From an uncultured Gemmatimonadales bacterium (GTDB lineage Bacteria; Gemmatimonadota; Gemmatimonadetes; Gemmatimonadales; GWC2-71-9): a stretch of DNA of 64,000 nucleotides. How positions within the stretch are numbered: position 1 is the stretch's first letter; every line of letters begins with the position of its first letter. This document shows, piece after piece, positions 45,131 to 55,490 of this stretch. The stretch lies in contig CAWGED010000019.1 of NCBI GenBank assembly GCA_963821525.1, positions 832,001 through 896,000 on the forward strand, in the 5' to 3' direction. Below the pieces are notes generated by a model. It was not told the DNA's origin, ran no database searches, and saw only the letters and a program-made list of their open reading frames with translations. Both the position numbers and the translations under genes were made by a program.

Positions 45131-47679
45131 AAGGCGAAACCGGCCTGGACGTAGAGGGCGGTTGTTCGTCCCCGGCGGCCACGGCGGCACTCACTGTGTA
45201 GTCGCGGGCAATGGGCGCCAGCCAGATGCCGCCGCCGAAGGAGCTATGCCAGACATCGGAGTTCTCGCCCTCGAGGAAAACCCGGCCCACGTCAGCCAAA
45301 CCGAACACTCCGAAATCGGTCGGCAGGACGATGGTGGCGCGGCCCAGGCCCAACCGCAACTCTGCGTTGCCGTAGGCCGAGGCATCGCCGGCATAGCGGT
45401 TGTCGCGGCCGAGACGGACGGTCCCGGCGTCTCCGATGTATGCCGCTTCGAAGTAGGGATACGGGCCCCAGATTTTCTTCCCACCCGCCCTGAAGGCAAA
45501 GGTGGGGTGTAGCGGCAATTTCGGACTCAGGAACGTCGTGGCCTCCGCCGCGACATCGCCGAAGTCCTCTTCGACATCCCACCACGCCGGGAACACCCGT
45601 CCGGTGACCTCGACCGTCCAGCCCCGAGTGGCGGCGTGCAGCCGGTTCCGGCTGTCGAATCGGAACGCTACTCCGGCCCCGACTTCACCAAAATTCCCCG
45701 AGCCATATGGATTGACCGTGGCGAGGAAACGATCGGTACGGTTGTCGGTGCTCGCATACTTGAAATACGGTCCGAACGCGATATTCCCGTGTTGGGTCAA
45801 GGGGAACAGGAAGAGGGGCGACACCGTGTACGCGTCCTGAGTCACCCGGTAGAACTCGGCGCTTCCTGGATCATCGATTTCGTTGCCGAAGCCGTGGAAG
45901 TTCAGCACGTCTATGCCCGACGCCCGGGCCAGAAGCAGAAATCCGGCCCGTGAGTTCTCCCGATGGAACTCGCCTCGGTAGTCCACCCGATAGGAGAGTG
46001 GACCTGTGGCGAATCCCGCCCTGATCCGCTGCCGACTGGCAAAGGGAAGTTTGCGGAAGCCATACCGAGTGTAGGTGAGACCGGCGCCGAAGAAGAAGCC
46101 CAGGTCGGGGCCGTAAGAACCCCATATATGAACCTGCGAGCGATGCCCCCAGTCCCGGGGAGGGAGCTGACCCGCCGGGCGGGGCGGCAGCACGTATGGC
46201 TTGCGATCGATCTCCTCGCTTTTTCCCAGAGTGTGTTCCGGCGCCGCAGGATCATCGTAAAACCGATTGCTTCCGCTGGCCGCGGAATCGACCAGCACAT
46301 CGTCACCTTCATCCGCGAGGATTCTCAGGGTGGGGCCGCCACCGCTCCCGGATACCATCGCGCTGTCATCGCCATTTCGCAGAGTGACCCGGATGTCCTT
46401 CGTCTCATTTGCGAGGAACTTTCGGCGAAACCAGGGCAGACCCGGGCGTTTCGCGGGAACCTATGGTGAGCTCGAGGCCTGACTCATCACGGGTCGCGAT
46501 AGCCACATCGCTGCTGTCGGTCGCGGTGACGTCGACTTCGCCCGCCAGCATTTGATAGTACTTCCGCGCTTCCTTGGGCAGGCCGTTTCTGCGTTGGATG
46601 ATCCATTCGGTCAGGCGGCTCCCGATGAGCTGCAAATGCTCCGGAGGGAGGGCGGCCACCGCGTCCTGAATCACGCTATCGCTGAGGGCAGCCGTCAATC
46701 GGCTGACGACGGCCTCCCAGTCCGACCAGGAAAGGCCGATGAGCAGCCGACGATCCAGGTCGCGCCCGTTCCAGGCGGCGCCGACCGGATTGGAGTAGGC
46801 GCCCTTGAAGTCGGTGAGCTGAGGGGCGCTCTGCCGCGCGATCCACAGCAGGAATCCGTCGTACTTGGCGAAGGCCTGATCCCGGTCGAGGGGAATGGGG
46901 ACCCACCGTCGAGGAACTGAGTCTCCGAAGTAGGCCCAGCGCCATTGATCGCGGTGCCGGTCCCAGTCGCCGATCAGAACATCGAACAGCCTGGCCGTAA
47001 GGAAGGCGGGTCCGTCCACCTGATCATCCGAGGATCGTTCGAGCCGGGCAAAAAGGGTGTCGGTGAGGACGATCTCGGTGGCTCCGCCCCAGTGCGCCGC
47101 GGGACCCGACCCACCGACCCGATCTTCGAGGGTGCCCATGAGTCCGGCAAAGTCGGAGCGGAACTCCCCCATGCGCTCGACATCGGGCAGGACGACGATC
47201 GCCGGATCGGCGTGGAGAATGCCGGCGGCCTTGAGCAGCCGGCCCACGACCAGGGGCGCCGTCGGCAGGGCCGAGCTGGTTTGATCCCGCGCCACACCCG
47301 CCGCAACGGTCTGCCGGAATTCCTCCGGGAGAGCACCCGAGGGATCCTTGTCGATTGAGCGGAAAAAGAACTGTCGCCCGTCGGTGGCCTGCAGACGAAG
47401 GGTCTTGCTCTGCTGGCCTCCGGTTCCGGACACGGCGCGTACTCCTCCCGCGAAGGTATCCATGTCCAGCACTGGAACCGTTATCGGAGTGGTCCACACC
47501 TCGCGATACTCGCTGCCCAACAGGAACCGATGGAACCAACCGGCGCCATACTGTTTGCCGGCAGCCTGAAGAGTCGTCTCGGGCTGAGGCTCGGGAACCT
47601 GCTGTGCGAGGAGGGACCCAACCGGGAGTGTGGCACTCAGGACGAGGGTTACCGCCGCGACTCCCCGCCGGATCCTCAT
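45127..47679 (-). CDS. Outer-membrane protein: signal peptide, atypical kinase-like domain, Omp85/TamA-like barrel; two frameshifts (near 46435 and 45165)
   Basis: MRIRRG...SLLA-QQ; GGQQSKTL; LFDVLIGDWDRHRDQW; PLDRDQAF; barrel motifs VRLGR..RYAGD and DVGRV; restored C-terminus LYVQAGFAF-stop. Confidence 0.75.
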
Positions 47680-49090
47680 GCCAATCCTGCCGTCTTCAGC
47701 CGGTACGCACGACCGACCAGTACGGCCAGCACCAACCAGCAAAGCGCCAGCACCAGGTTCACCTTGGCGAACTGCGATGTAGCCGAACCGAAGCTGACTG
47801 GTCCCCACGAAGACCAGGAGGGCGGACAGGACATCTCCCGACCGGACGAAGAAGGAATCGATGACCTGTTTCGCCTTGTACTTCTGTTCCCGGCTGGTGG
47901 GGAGGAAGAGTACGTTGCGCACCGTGTTCTGCAGCGAATAGTCGTTCGCGTTTTCGGCGATCTTCACCGAGCGAACCACGGAGAGAACCGGAAAGAGAGC
48001 GATCGCCGGATAGCCGACCATGGCGATGATTGGCGCGACGAGGACTGCCACCTGAACTCCGAAATACTTGAAAATGCCGGGACACTACGAACAGTTGGAG
48101 CAGGATGCCGACGCTGTTGACGACGAAATAGAACTGGGAGTAGAACGCCCCGATGAACTCCGCCTCCGAGAGTCCACCGGTAGCCCCCTTGGCAACGGCG
48201 GCCTTGGCCGCGGCGGTCAACGGTGCTCGAGAGGATATACTCCCCAGTGGTGTTGACCCAGTTGAGCACCAGAATCATCAGCGCGATCAGCAGGAGATAG
48301 CGATCCCCGAAGACCAGCCGGAAGGTGCCGGGCCGAGGCGGCAACCCGCTGCGGGAGAGCGTTACCGCCTTCTTCTCTCCCCTGGTGACGACTTCGTACT
48401 CACCAGTCGCCGCGGGTACCGTCGCCGTAGTGAACCGGTCTGGAATCCCGGCCTCCGCGTGCCGCCGCTCTCGCGCATCCACGCGATTGCTCAGGACCGC
48501 GGCGATCGCCAGCAGAGCAGCGGCGACCAGCAGCAGCTGCGGCACTCCCACCAAGCGGAATGAGCCGGTTGGTCAGGAGACTTCCAACCACGGCACCCAG
48601 CGATGCCCCGAAGGCGACAATCGGAAACAGCCGCTCGCCCTGATCCTTGGTATACAGGTCGTTAGCAAAGGACCAGAACTGCGCCACGATCATCAGGTTG
48701 AAGATGCCGACCCAGAGAAAGAACGGGAACGCCAACCGGCACGCGAGCATGGGCCAGAGCCCAGAACCCCACGAGGCACACGATGAAGAAGCCGGTGACC
48801 ACATTGAGCAGGCGCCGGCGCGGAAGTCGGTCGGCCAGGGCGCCATACGCGGGAACCAGCACGAGAAGGAGCAAGGCCTGTCCCGCAGCGACGTAGCTCT
48901 TGACCACGGCCCCTTCGTGCGAGAGGATGAGCGCCTCCCGAACCGGCTTGAGGATGTAGTAGGCGCACAGCAGGAGAAGCACATTGAGCGCGAGAAGGAG
49001 GGCCGTTACTCCCTCCCCCGCTCGAACATCGGTGAACAACCGAAGCGCTCGATCCAGCGGCGCGGCTTGATCCACGGTGGACGTAGTCAC
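47676..49090 (-). CDS. NTT/TLC-family (ATP/ADP translocase-like) transporter; about five frameshifts
   Basis: AYYILKPVREAL, AQFWSFANDLY...GERLFP, DYSLQNTVR..LFLPTSREQKYKAK..IDSFFVR.GD. Confidence 0.82.
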
Positions 49091-50502
49091 CCGATGCTCA
49101 CCGTGACGAAGCGAAGTTTGCTGTCCCGAAGGACCTGGAGAACCACCGTGTCTCCCGAATTCAGCGCCGAAAGGCTTTGCCGCAGATCCGCGACGGTGGC
49201 CACGGCGGTTCCGTTCAAAGCATAGATCACATCGCCTGGCTGCAGTCCGCCCTGCCCGGCGGTGGCGTCCGGGGTGAGAGCCGCGACGACCACTCCGCTT
49301 GGTTGCCGCAGCCCCGGGATTTGAGCCGCCAGTTCCTTGGTCATGTCGAGCCCCAGCACACCCAGCCTCGGCACGAGGTTTTTCTCGGGCGTCACCAGAC
49401 TGCCCAGGCGAGCTGCGTTGTCCTGTCGCTCGATCACCGGCACCCGAATGGTCTGGTGCTGGAGGCCTCGCCGCACATCGAGCGCCACCGATTGCCCCAG
49501 GGGCTGGCGATAAAGCGTCACGTCAAACTGCCGCCCGTTCTCAACCACCTTTCCGTTCACCGATAAGACGACATCGCCGGTCTGAAGGCCGGCCTTGGCA
49601 GCGGGACCGCCTGGATACACATCGCCGATGACCACGCCCCAGTTCTGGGGGAGACGAAGGGCCGTCGCCATGGCGGGCGTTATCGTCTGGGCGAAGACCC
49701 CGATGTCGCCCCGGCGGACTCGGCCGTATTGCCGCAGCTGGTCAACCACGTGGCGGACGATGTTGCTGGGGGCGGCAAAGCCGATCCCTTCGCTGCCGCC
49801 CGACTGGCTGAGAATGAGGGTGTTGATGCCAGTCACCGCTCCATCGGTGGTCACCAGAGGCCCTCCGCTGTTGCCCGGATTGATCGGGGTGTCGGTCTGG
49901 ATATAGACCATCCGATCGTCTTCCCGAAGCTGCCGGCCCACCGCACTCACGACCCCCATCGTCACCGTGCTGGCCAGCCCGAGCGGACTGCCCAATGCGA
50001 GGACCAATTCGCCAGGCTCGAGCGAATCGGAATCAGCGAGGCGAGCGACGGGCAGTCCGGTGGCTGGAACCTTGAGAACGGCGAGGTCCGTCTCGCGATC
50101 GATTCCCACCAGCTCGCCCTGGAGCTCGCGAGCGGGACCGGCCACGAGCGATCTCCCCGGAGCGTCGGGTGCGGCCGGAGTGGCCAGCGCGACTGTGAAG
50201 CGGCGCCCGCCCTCGACCACGTGTGCATTGGTGACGATGTAACCGTCCGGGCTGAGGATGACGCCAGAGCCGGTCTGTTGCTGGTTGCCCAGAAAAGCCG
50301 TGCCGCTCTTCTCGCCTAGCGGACCCCAGGCGGCGACTCGAACCTGAACCACGGCGGGTTGTACCTGGGAGGCGACCTTTGCGAGATCCCGACTCAGGGC
50401 TCGCAGATCTTGCTGGGCTGGGAGCGCGTTGGGCCACGCAAGTAACGCCAGCAGGGCAGCGAGCCTCGCCAGCGCAGAGAGGTGCAGGTCAGCGCGCCCC
50501 AC
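49087..50502 (-). CDS. HtrA/DegP-family serine protease with two PDZ domains
   Basis: Signal peptide, GSGVI, TNAHVV, DLAVLK, IQTD..INPGNSGG. Confidence 0.93.
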   Translation of the reverse strand: MGRADLHLSALARLAALLALLAWPNALPAQQDLRALSRDLAKVASQVQPAVVQVRVAAWGPLGEKSGTAFLGNQQQTGSGVILSPDGYIVTNAHVVEGGRRFTVALATPAAPDAPGRSLVAGPARELQGELVGIDRETDLAVLKVPATGLPVARLADSDSLEPGELVLALGSPLGLASTVTMGVVSAVGRQLREDDRMVYIQTDTPINPGNSGGPLVTTDGAVTGINTLILSQSGGSEGIGFAAPSNIVRHVVDQLRQYGRVRRGDIGVFAQTITPAMATALRLPQNWGVVIGDVYPGGPAAKAGLQTGDVVLSVNGKVVENGRQFDVTLYRQPLGQSVALDVRRGLQHQTIRVPVIERQDNAARLGSLVTPEKNLVPRLGVLGLDMTKELAAQIPGLRQPSGVVVAALTPDATAGQGGLQPGDVIYALNGTAVATVADLRQSLSALNSGDTVVLQVLRDSKLRFVTVSIG

Positions 50503-52157
50503 TGGCCTGCTCGACCGCGTCCGGTTCAGAAGTGAGGGCCGGCATCAGGCGCATATCACACTCGACACACTCTTCGCTGAAGGCATTGAGCGGCCGATGC
50601 CTTTCCCACCAGTGTGCCGCCCGCTCTTCATCCCAGACTGCTCCGGGTACTGCAGCCTGGAGCCGCGCGGCCAGCTCTCTCGCCGACTGTGGACGGTCCT
50701 CGGGACGCTTCGCCAGACAGGAGAGGATCACCTCGTCGAAGGCTGCGGGCAGCTCGATCTCGGTCCGCCGGGAAGGTGGTATTGGCGGCTCGTTCGCGTG
50801 CTTCAGCATCATGGCCACGGCTGACGGCGCGTCGAAAACCAGTTTACCCGTCACCAGCCAATAGGCCACGCAGCCCAGGGCGTAAATATCCGCCCGGTGG
50901 TCCACCGGAGTCCCCAGAACAGTCTCCGGTGCGATGTAGGCGGGAGTACCGGCCGTCGCGTTGGGTGCAGTCAGCATCGACTGGCCAGGGTCCGCGTTCT
51001 CGGCCTTCACCAGACCAAAGTCCAGCACTTTACGAAATCAACTTCGAGACCGAGACGACAGGTGAAGATGTTTCCACGCCTTAATGTCGCGGTGGACCAG
51101 CCCATTCACGTGAGCCTCTTCGAGCGACGCGCACGCCTGGGTCAGCAGATACACTGCCCGTTCGGCCGACACCGGACCGAAGGTCTGCACCAGCCTCTCG
51201 AGGTCCAGGCCATCGAGCAATTCCATCACCAGAAAGAAGGTGCCGTCCTCCGACACCCCGAAGTCGTACAGGCTTATCGTGTGCGGCGACTTCAGGGAGG
51301 CGGTGGCCTGTGCCTCGCGCCGGAATCGCTCGAGAATCAGCCGAGCGCCAGCCGCACTGGTGCCACCCAGCACTTCCTGGCGGATGAGCTTGATCGCTGC
51401 CGGACGGGCGAGGGTATGATGCGTGGCTCGATACACCTCGCCCATGCCACCCTTGCCCAACACCTCCTCAAGGCGGTAGCTCCCCAACTCACGCGCACGA
51501 TTGACCTGCTGGCCCAGGCGCCGGATCACCTTGACGGGGACCACCGCGATGGCCGCCGCGATGTAGTTGGGGAGGAAGGCCCAGAGGTAATTGAACAGGG
51601 TCGCGTTCACTTCCTGTCCGCGCAGGGTCGAAATCCAGAGCGCGAGCGGCCCCATGCTGGCCGCCAACAAACCAGTGAAGAGTGTCTTCCGCACCGTATT
51701 GGGCACGATCGAGGGATAGACAACGATTCCCACGATGATCCAGGAGGGGCTCGGCTGGGTGACATGGGGCTCCCACTGCTCAATCAAGCCCACGAGCAGT
51801 GACGTAAGCACCAGGTAGCCCGAACCCAGGTCGAGCAGTAGCTGCTGTCTGAAGCCCTTAACACGGCCCAGGTAGGCCATGAGCAGGGAAGCGGCCAGGC
51901 CGATTCCCGCAGATGAGGTTCCCCGGCATCGGCCAGACCGGGTAGTAGAGCATCGTCACTCCGAGGATCCGGGCGACGACGTTGTTCATGAACAGGGCGA
52001 ACGCCCACAGCGCCGCGAAAGGCGAGAGCTGGCCGCCCAGACCCGTTGGCAGGTCTGGTACAAGACATCGTTAGGCAGGCTGCGCTCAGCCCCACTCGCG
52101 GACATGGCCTGGAGCGGGGGTGGAGGGACGGCGTTGAATAGTCCGGGGTGCGGCCAT
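50489..52157 (-). CDS. Ser/Thr kinase with N-terminal multi-TM domain; frameshifted; start approximate
   Basis: ELGSYRL, GKGGMGEVY, AAIK, HRDIK (break near 51060), LDFGLVK, GTPAYIAPE, DIYALG. Confidence 0.85.
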
Positions 52158-52235
52158 GATAACCCTGGAAACGGACGAAGTGGCTTCCTGAACGTAGCCT
52201 TTCCGGGGCCATGATGTAACCGCCTCCCAGGGACC

Positions 52236-52270
52236 AACAAAACGCCCCCGGTGGGATCTCCGGGGGCGTT
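52236..52270 (-). terminator. Rho-independent terminator
   Basis: AACGCCCCCGG...CCGGGGGCGTT with TTTTGTT tail on the minus strand. Confidence 0.8.
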
Positions 52271-52295
52271 GCCAATCCCTTAGCGGGGGACGCAG

Positions 52296-52967
52296 CTAGT
52301 GAGCGCCCGTCGTATCCACGGTAAGCGAGAACCCGTTCTTGTCCGCCTGAAGCCGTACGACCGCGCGCCCGTCCTTGCCATTTACCAGCAGGAAGGCGCC
52401 GTTGCTGTCGGCCTTCAGGTGAAGCAGCTCGCCCTTATCGCCCTTGGCACTCACGCGAATGGGACCGGTGAAATCGGCGTCGGCCGAGAACGGGTCTCCC
52501 TTGTGGAGCTGAGCCACGACCTTGCTTCCGGCGAGAACGGGGCGCTCGAGCCCCGAAGGCTGGAACACGATCGACCCGACCTCCTGCCACCCGCTTTCAC
52601 CTTTCGCGGCGCAGCGGAAACCATCCTCGAACTCGAAGTCATCACCGCCGACCGGCACCAGCTGACACGCCTTCAGCTGCGACAGGTCCGCATCCGAATC
52701 GAGGGCTACGGTAAACGTGAAGTGAGCGAGATCCTGGTCGGCGGGGCGGCGAATCGACATGTGGTTGACGGTCCCCAACCGCTGCCCTTCCAGGACGAAG
52801 GGGATGTCCGCCTGCAGCTCGGCGGTCGCGACATGGAGCGGCCGGGTTACCCGGGTTAGCGCTGCCTTCATTGTACTCTTGGCATCTTCGACGACGGTGA
52901 CGAGCAGCATGCCGACCAGAAAGACGCCGAGGGCGCCGAGGCCGATTTTGGTCCACAGGGTGCGCAT
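52296..52967 (-). CDS. Hypothetical membrane-anchored protein
   Basis: ATG with GGAGG RBS, N-terminal hydrophobic helix, intact 223-aa ORF followed by a terminator. Confidence 0.75.
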   Translation of the reverse strand: MRTLWTKIGLGALGVFLVGMLLVTVVEDAKSTMKAALTRVTRPLHVATAELQADIPFVLEGQRLGTVNHMSIRRPADQDLAHFTFTVALDSDADLSQLKACQLVPVGGDDFEFEDGFRCAAKGESGWQEVGSIVFQPSGLERPVLAGSKVVAQLHKGDPFSADADFTGPIRVSAKGDKGELLHLKADSNGAFLLVNGKDGRAVVRLQADKNGFSLTVDTTGAH

Positions 52968-53085
52968 GGGAGACCTCCGGGAAGTGACCGACGGGGCAAT
53001 GGTGCCCGTACGACCCCGGTCACCGAGCGGTTTCAGAATGGGACATGGCTAGACCAGCCCCGGAGGAGGAGGCTTGGAGGAAAGC

Positions 53086-53115
53086 CAACGGGCGGGGGAT
53101 ATCCCCCGCCCGTTG
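53086..53115. terminator. Perfect 30-bp palindrome downstream of pilC (probable terminator)
   Basis: CAACGGGCGGGGGAT|ATCCCCCGCCCGTTG. Confidence 0.7.
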
Positions 53116-53138
53116 ACGATTCCTGTGGGATCCGGCGG

Positions 53139-54344
53139 TTACTGGACCGCGTTCACCATGTCGAAGATCGGGAGGTACATCGCGACCACCATGCCGCCCA
53201 CGATGACGCCGAGGACGACGATCATGATCGGCTCCATAAGGGAGAGCAGCGCACTGACTGCGACGTCAACCTCGTCATCGTAGAAGTCGGCGATCTTGGA
53301 GAGCATCTCGTCCAGGCCGCCGGTCTGTTCGCCGACCGCGATCATCGAGATCACCATCGGCGGGAAGACCTTGGACTTCTCGAGCGGGGCGGCAATCGTC
53401 TCACCGCCGGCGATCGACTGCCGGGAGGCCATTACTGCGTCATGGATGACCCGGTTGCCGGCCGTCTTGGCCGTGATCTCGAGTCCGTCCAGGATGCTCA
53501 CGCCGGAGCTGATCAGGGTGCCCAGCGTCCGGGTGAAGCGGGACACGGCCGACTTCCGCAGCATGTCGCCGAGGACCGGAGCGTTGAGCAGCATCTGGTC
53601 GATCCGCTTCTTGCCGTCGTCGGTGGCGTAGTAGCGCCGGATGCCGAAAATCGCCAACCCGATCACGGCGATAATCACCCACCAGTAATTGATGAGCAGC
53701 TGGGACGCACCGATCACGATACGGGTCGGGAGCGGCAATTCCAGGTTGACCGAGGCGAACATCGCCTGGAAGGTCGGGATCACGAAGATGAGCAGCACGG
53801 CCACGGCCACCGCGGCTACGGTGAAGATCACGCCGGGGTAGACCATCGCGCCCTTCACCTTGCGCATCAGGGCGTCGTTCTTTTCCAGGAACGTCGCCAG
53901 ACGGAGCAGAATGGTGTCCAGGATACCGCCCGCCTCACCGGCCGCGACCATGTTGACGTAGAGGTCGGTGAAGGCCTTGGGATGCTTGGAGAAGGCATCG
54001 GCCAGGGTGTGCCCGCTCTCCACGTCGTACACCACCTGCCGGGTGACTTCGGCGAGGGCGGGGTTCTCGGTCTGCTTGGCGAGGATGTCCAGCGATTGGA
54101 CCAGCGGCAGACCGGCGTTGATCATGGTCGCGAACTGCCGGGTGAAGATCACGATGTCCCGGGTCGCGACGCCCTTCCGCTTGAGGCTGAAGCTGATCTG
54201 CTTCGGCTGCTCGCGGATGTTCACCATCATCATCTTCTGCTGCTTGATGTGCTTCACTACGTCGTCTTTCGACGCCACATCGAGCTGGCCCTTTAGGATC
54301 TGGCCATTGGCAGGGTTTCGCGCGGTGTACTCGTAGACTGGCAT
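53139..54344 (-). CDS. pilC: Type IV pilus platform protein PilC
   Basis: FTRQFATMINAGLPL, AGEAGGILD, VKGAMVYP, GEQTGGLD, MYLPIF. Confidence 0.97.
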   Translation of the reverse strand: MPVYEYTARNPANGQILKGQLDVASKDDVVKHIKQQKMMMVNIREQPKQISFSLKRKGVATRDIVIFTRQFATMINAGLPLVQSLDILAKQTENPALAEVTRQVVYDVESGHTLADAFSKHPKAFTDLYVNMVAAGEAGGILDTILLRLATFLEKNDALMRKVKGAMVYPGVIFTVAAVAVAVLLIFVIPTFQAMFASVNLELPLPTRIVIGASQLLINYWWVIIAVIGLAIFGIRRYYATDDGKKRIDQMLLNAPVLGDMLRKSAVSRFTRTLGTLISSGVSILDGLEITAKTAGNRVIHDAVMASRQSIAGGETIAAPLEKSKVFPPMVISMIAVGEQTGGLDEMLSKIADFYDDEVDVAVSALLSLMEPIMIVVLGVIVGGMVVAMYLPIFDMVNAVQ

Positions 54345-54362
54345 GAGGCAGCCCCCCCTGAG

Positions 54363-55490
54363 TTAGCGCCGGCCGGCCGGCTTGGCGGACTTCTCCACAG
54401 TCCCCATCTCCTGCTCCTCGATCGGCGTCTCGCCGCACATCCGGAGGAGCTCGTTCGGATCACTCGAGGCCCGGAGACATTCCTCGAGGGTTACTTCCCG
54501 GCTGGTGTGCAGCTGGAAGAGCGAATCGTTCATCGTCTGCATGCCGTGCTTCTTGCCCGACTGAAGTGCGGAGTAGATCTGGTGGACTTTGTCATCGCGG
54601 ATCAGTGCCCGGATGGCGGGGGTGCAGACCATGATTTCGGCGGCCATGGCGCGTCCCCTGCCCTTCGCTTTCTGCAGCAGGGTCTGGGTCACGACGCCTT
54701 CCAGCACGAAGGCCAGCTGGGCCCGGACCTGCTGTTGCTGGTTCGAAGGGAACACGTCGATGATGCGGTTGATGGACTCCGCCGCCGAGTTGGTGTGCAG
54801 CGTCGCCAGAGCCAGGTGGCCGGTCTCGGCGATGGTGAGCGTGGCGGCGATCGTTTCCAGGTCGCGCATTTCGCCCACGAGCAGCACGTCGGGATCTTCG
54901 CGAAGAGCGTACTTCAGCGCGTTGGCGAAACTCTTGGTGTCGGTGCCCACTTCGCGCTGATTGATGATGCAGCTCTGGTGACGGTGGATGAACTCGATCG
55001 GGTCTTCGACCGTGATGATGTGACCCTTCCGCTCCTTGTTGATCTTGTCGAGAATCGCCGCGAGCGTGGTTGATTTCCCCGAGCCGGTCGGCCCGGTTAC
55101 CAGGATCAGCCCGCGCGGCTTCTCCGCCAGCTTGGAGAGGATCGGGGGAAGGCCCAAGTCCTGGAAGGTCCGCACATTGAAGGGAATCATGCGGATCACC
55201 ATGGCCACACAACCGCGCTGCTTGAAGACGTTGCCGCGGAATCGGGCAAGGTTCTGGATGCCGAAAGAAAAGTCCAGCTCGTCCTCGGTCTCGAATCGCT
55301 TTTTCTGATTTTCGGTGAGGACCGAGTAGGCGAGCGAGAGGGTATCCTTCGGGGTCAGCACGTCGGGCGGCGCGGCGTTGGTCATGTCTCCGTCGACCCG
55401 AATTTTGGCCCGCTCGCCGGCAGTAACGTGGAGGTCCGAGGCCTCCTTCTCGATCATCTCCTCGAGCAGCGCGCGCAGATTGATCGTCAT
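54363..55490 (-). CDS. pilT: Type IV pilus retraction ATPase PilT
   Basis: ASDLH, GPTGSGKSTT, EDPIE, LREDPD, GHL...TLH, AIRALIR, GMQT. Confidence 0.97.
   Translation of the reverse strand: MTINLRALLEEMIEKEASDLHVTAGERAKIRVDGDMTNAAPPDVLTPKDTLSLAYSVLTENQKKRFETEDELDFSFGIQNLARFRGNVFKQRGCVAMVIRMIPFNVRTFQDLGLPPILSKLAEKPRGLILVTGPTGSGKSTTLAAILDKINKERKGHIITVEDPIEFIHRHQSCIINQREVGTDTKSFANALKYALREDPDVLLVGEMRDLETIAATLTIAETGHLALATLHTNSAAESINRIIDVFPSNQQQQVRAQLAFVLEGVVTQTLLQKAKGRGRAMAAEIMVCTPAIRALIRDDKVHQIYSALQSGKKHGMQTMNDSLFQLHTSREVTLEECLRASSDPNELLRMCGETPIEEQEMGTVEKSAKPAGRR

Noticed and set aside
44529..48051. Apparent fusions transporter-OMP (46405-48051) and barrel-transporter (44529-46358) in the ORF track
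   Set aside because: Caused by frameshifts; proper stops (47676, 45127), a signal peptide at 47679 and a terminal Phe are recovered in adjacent frames.
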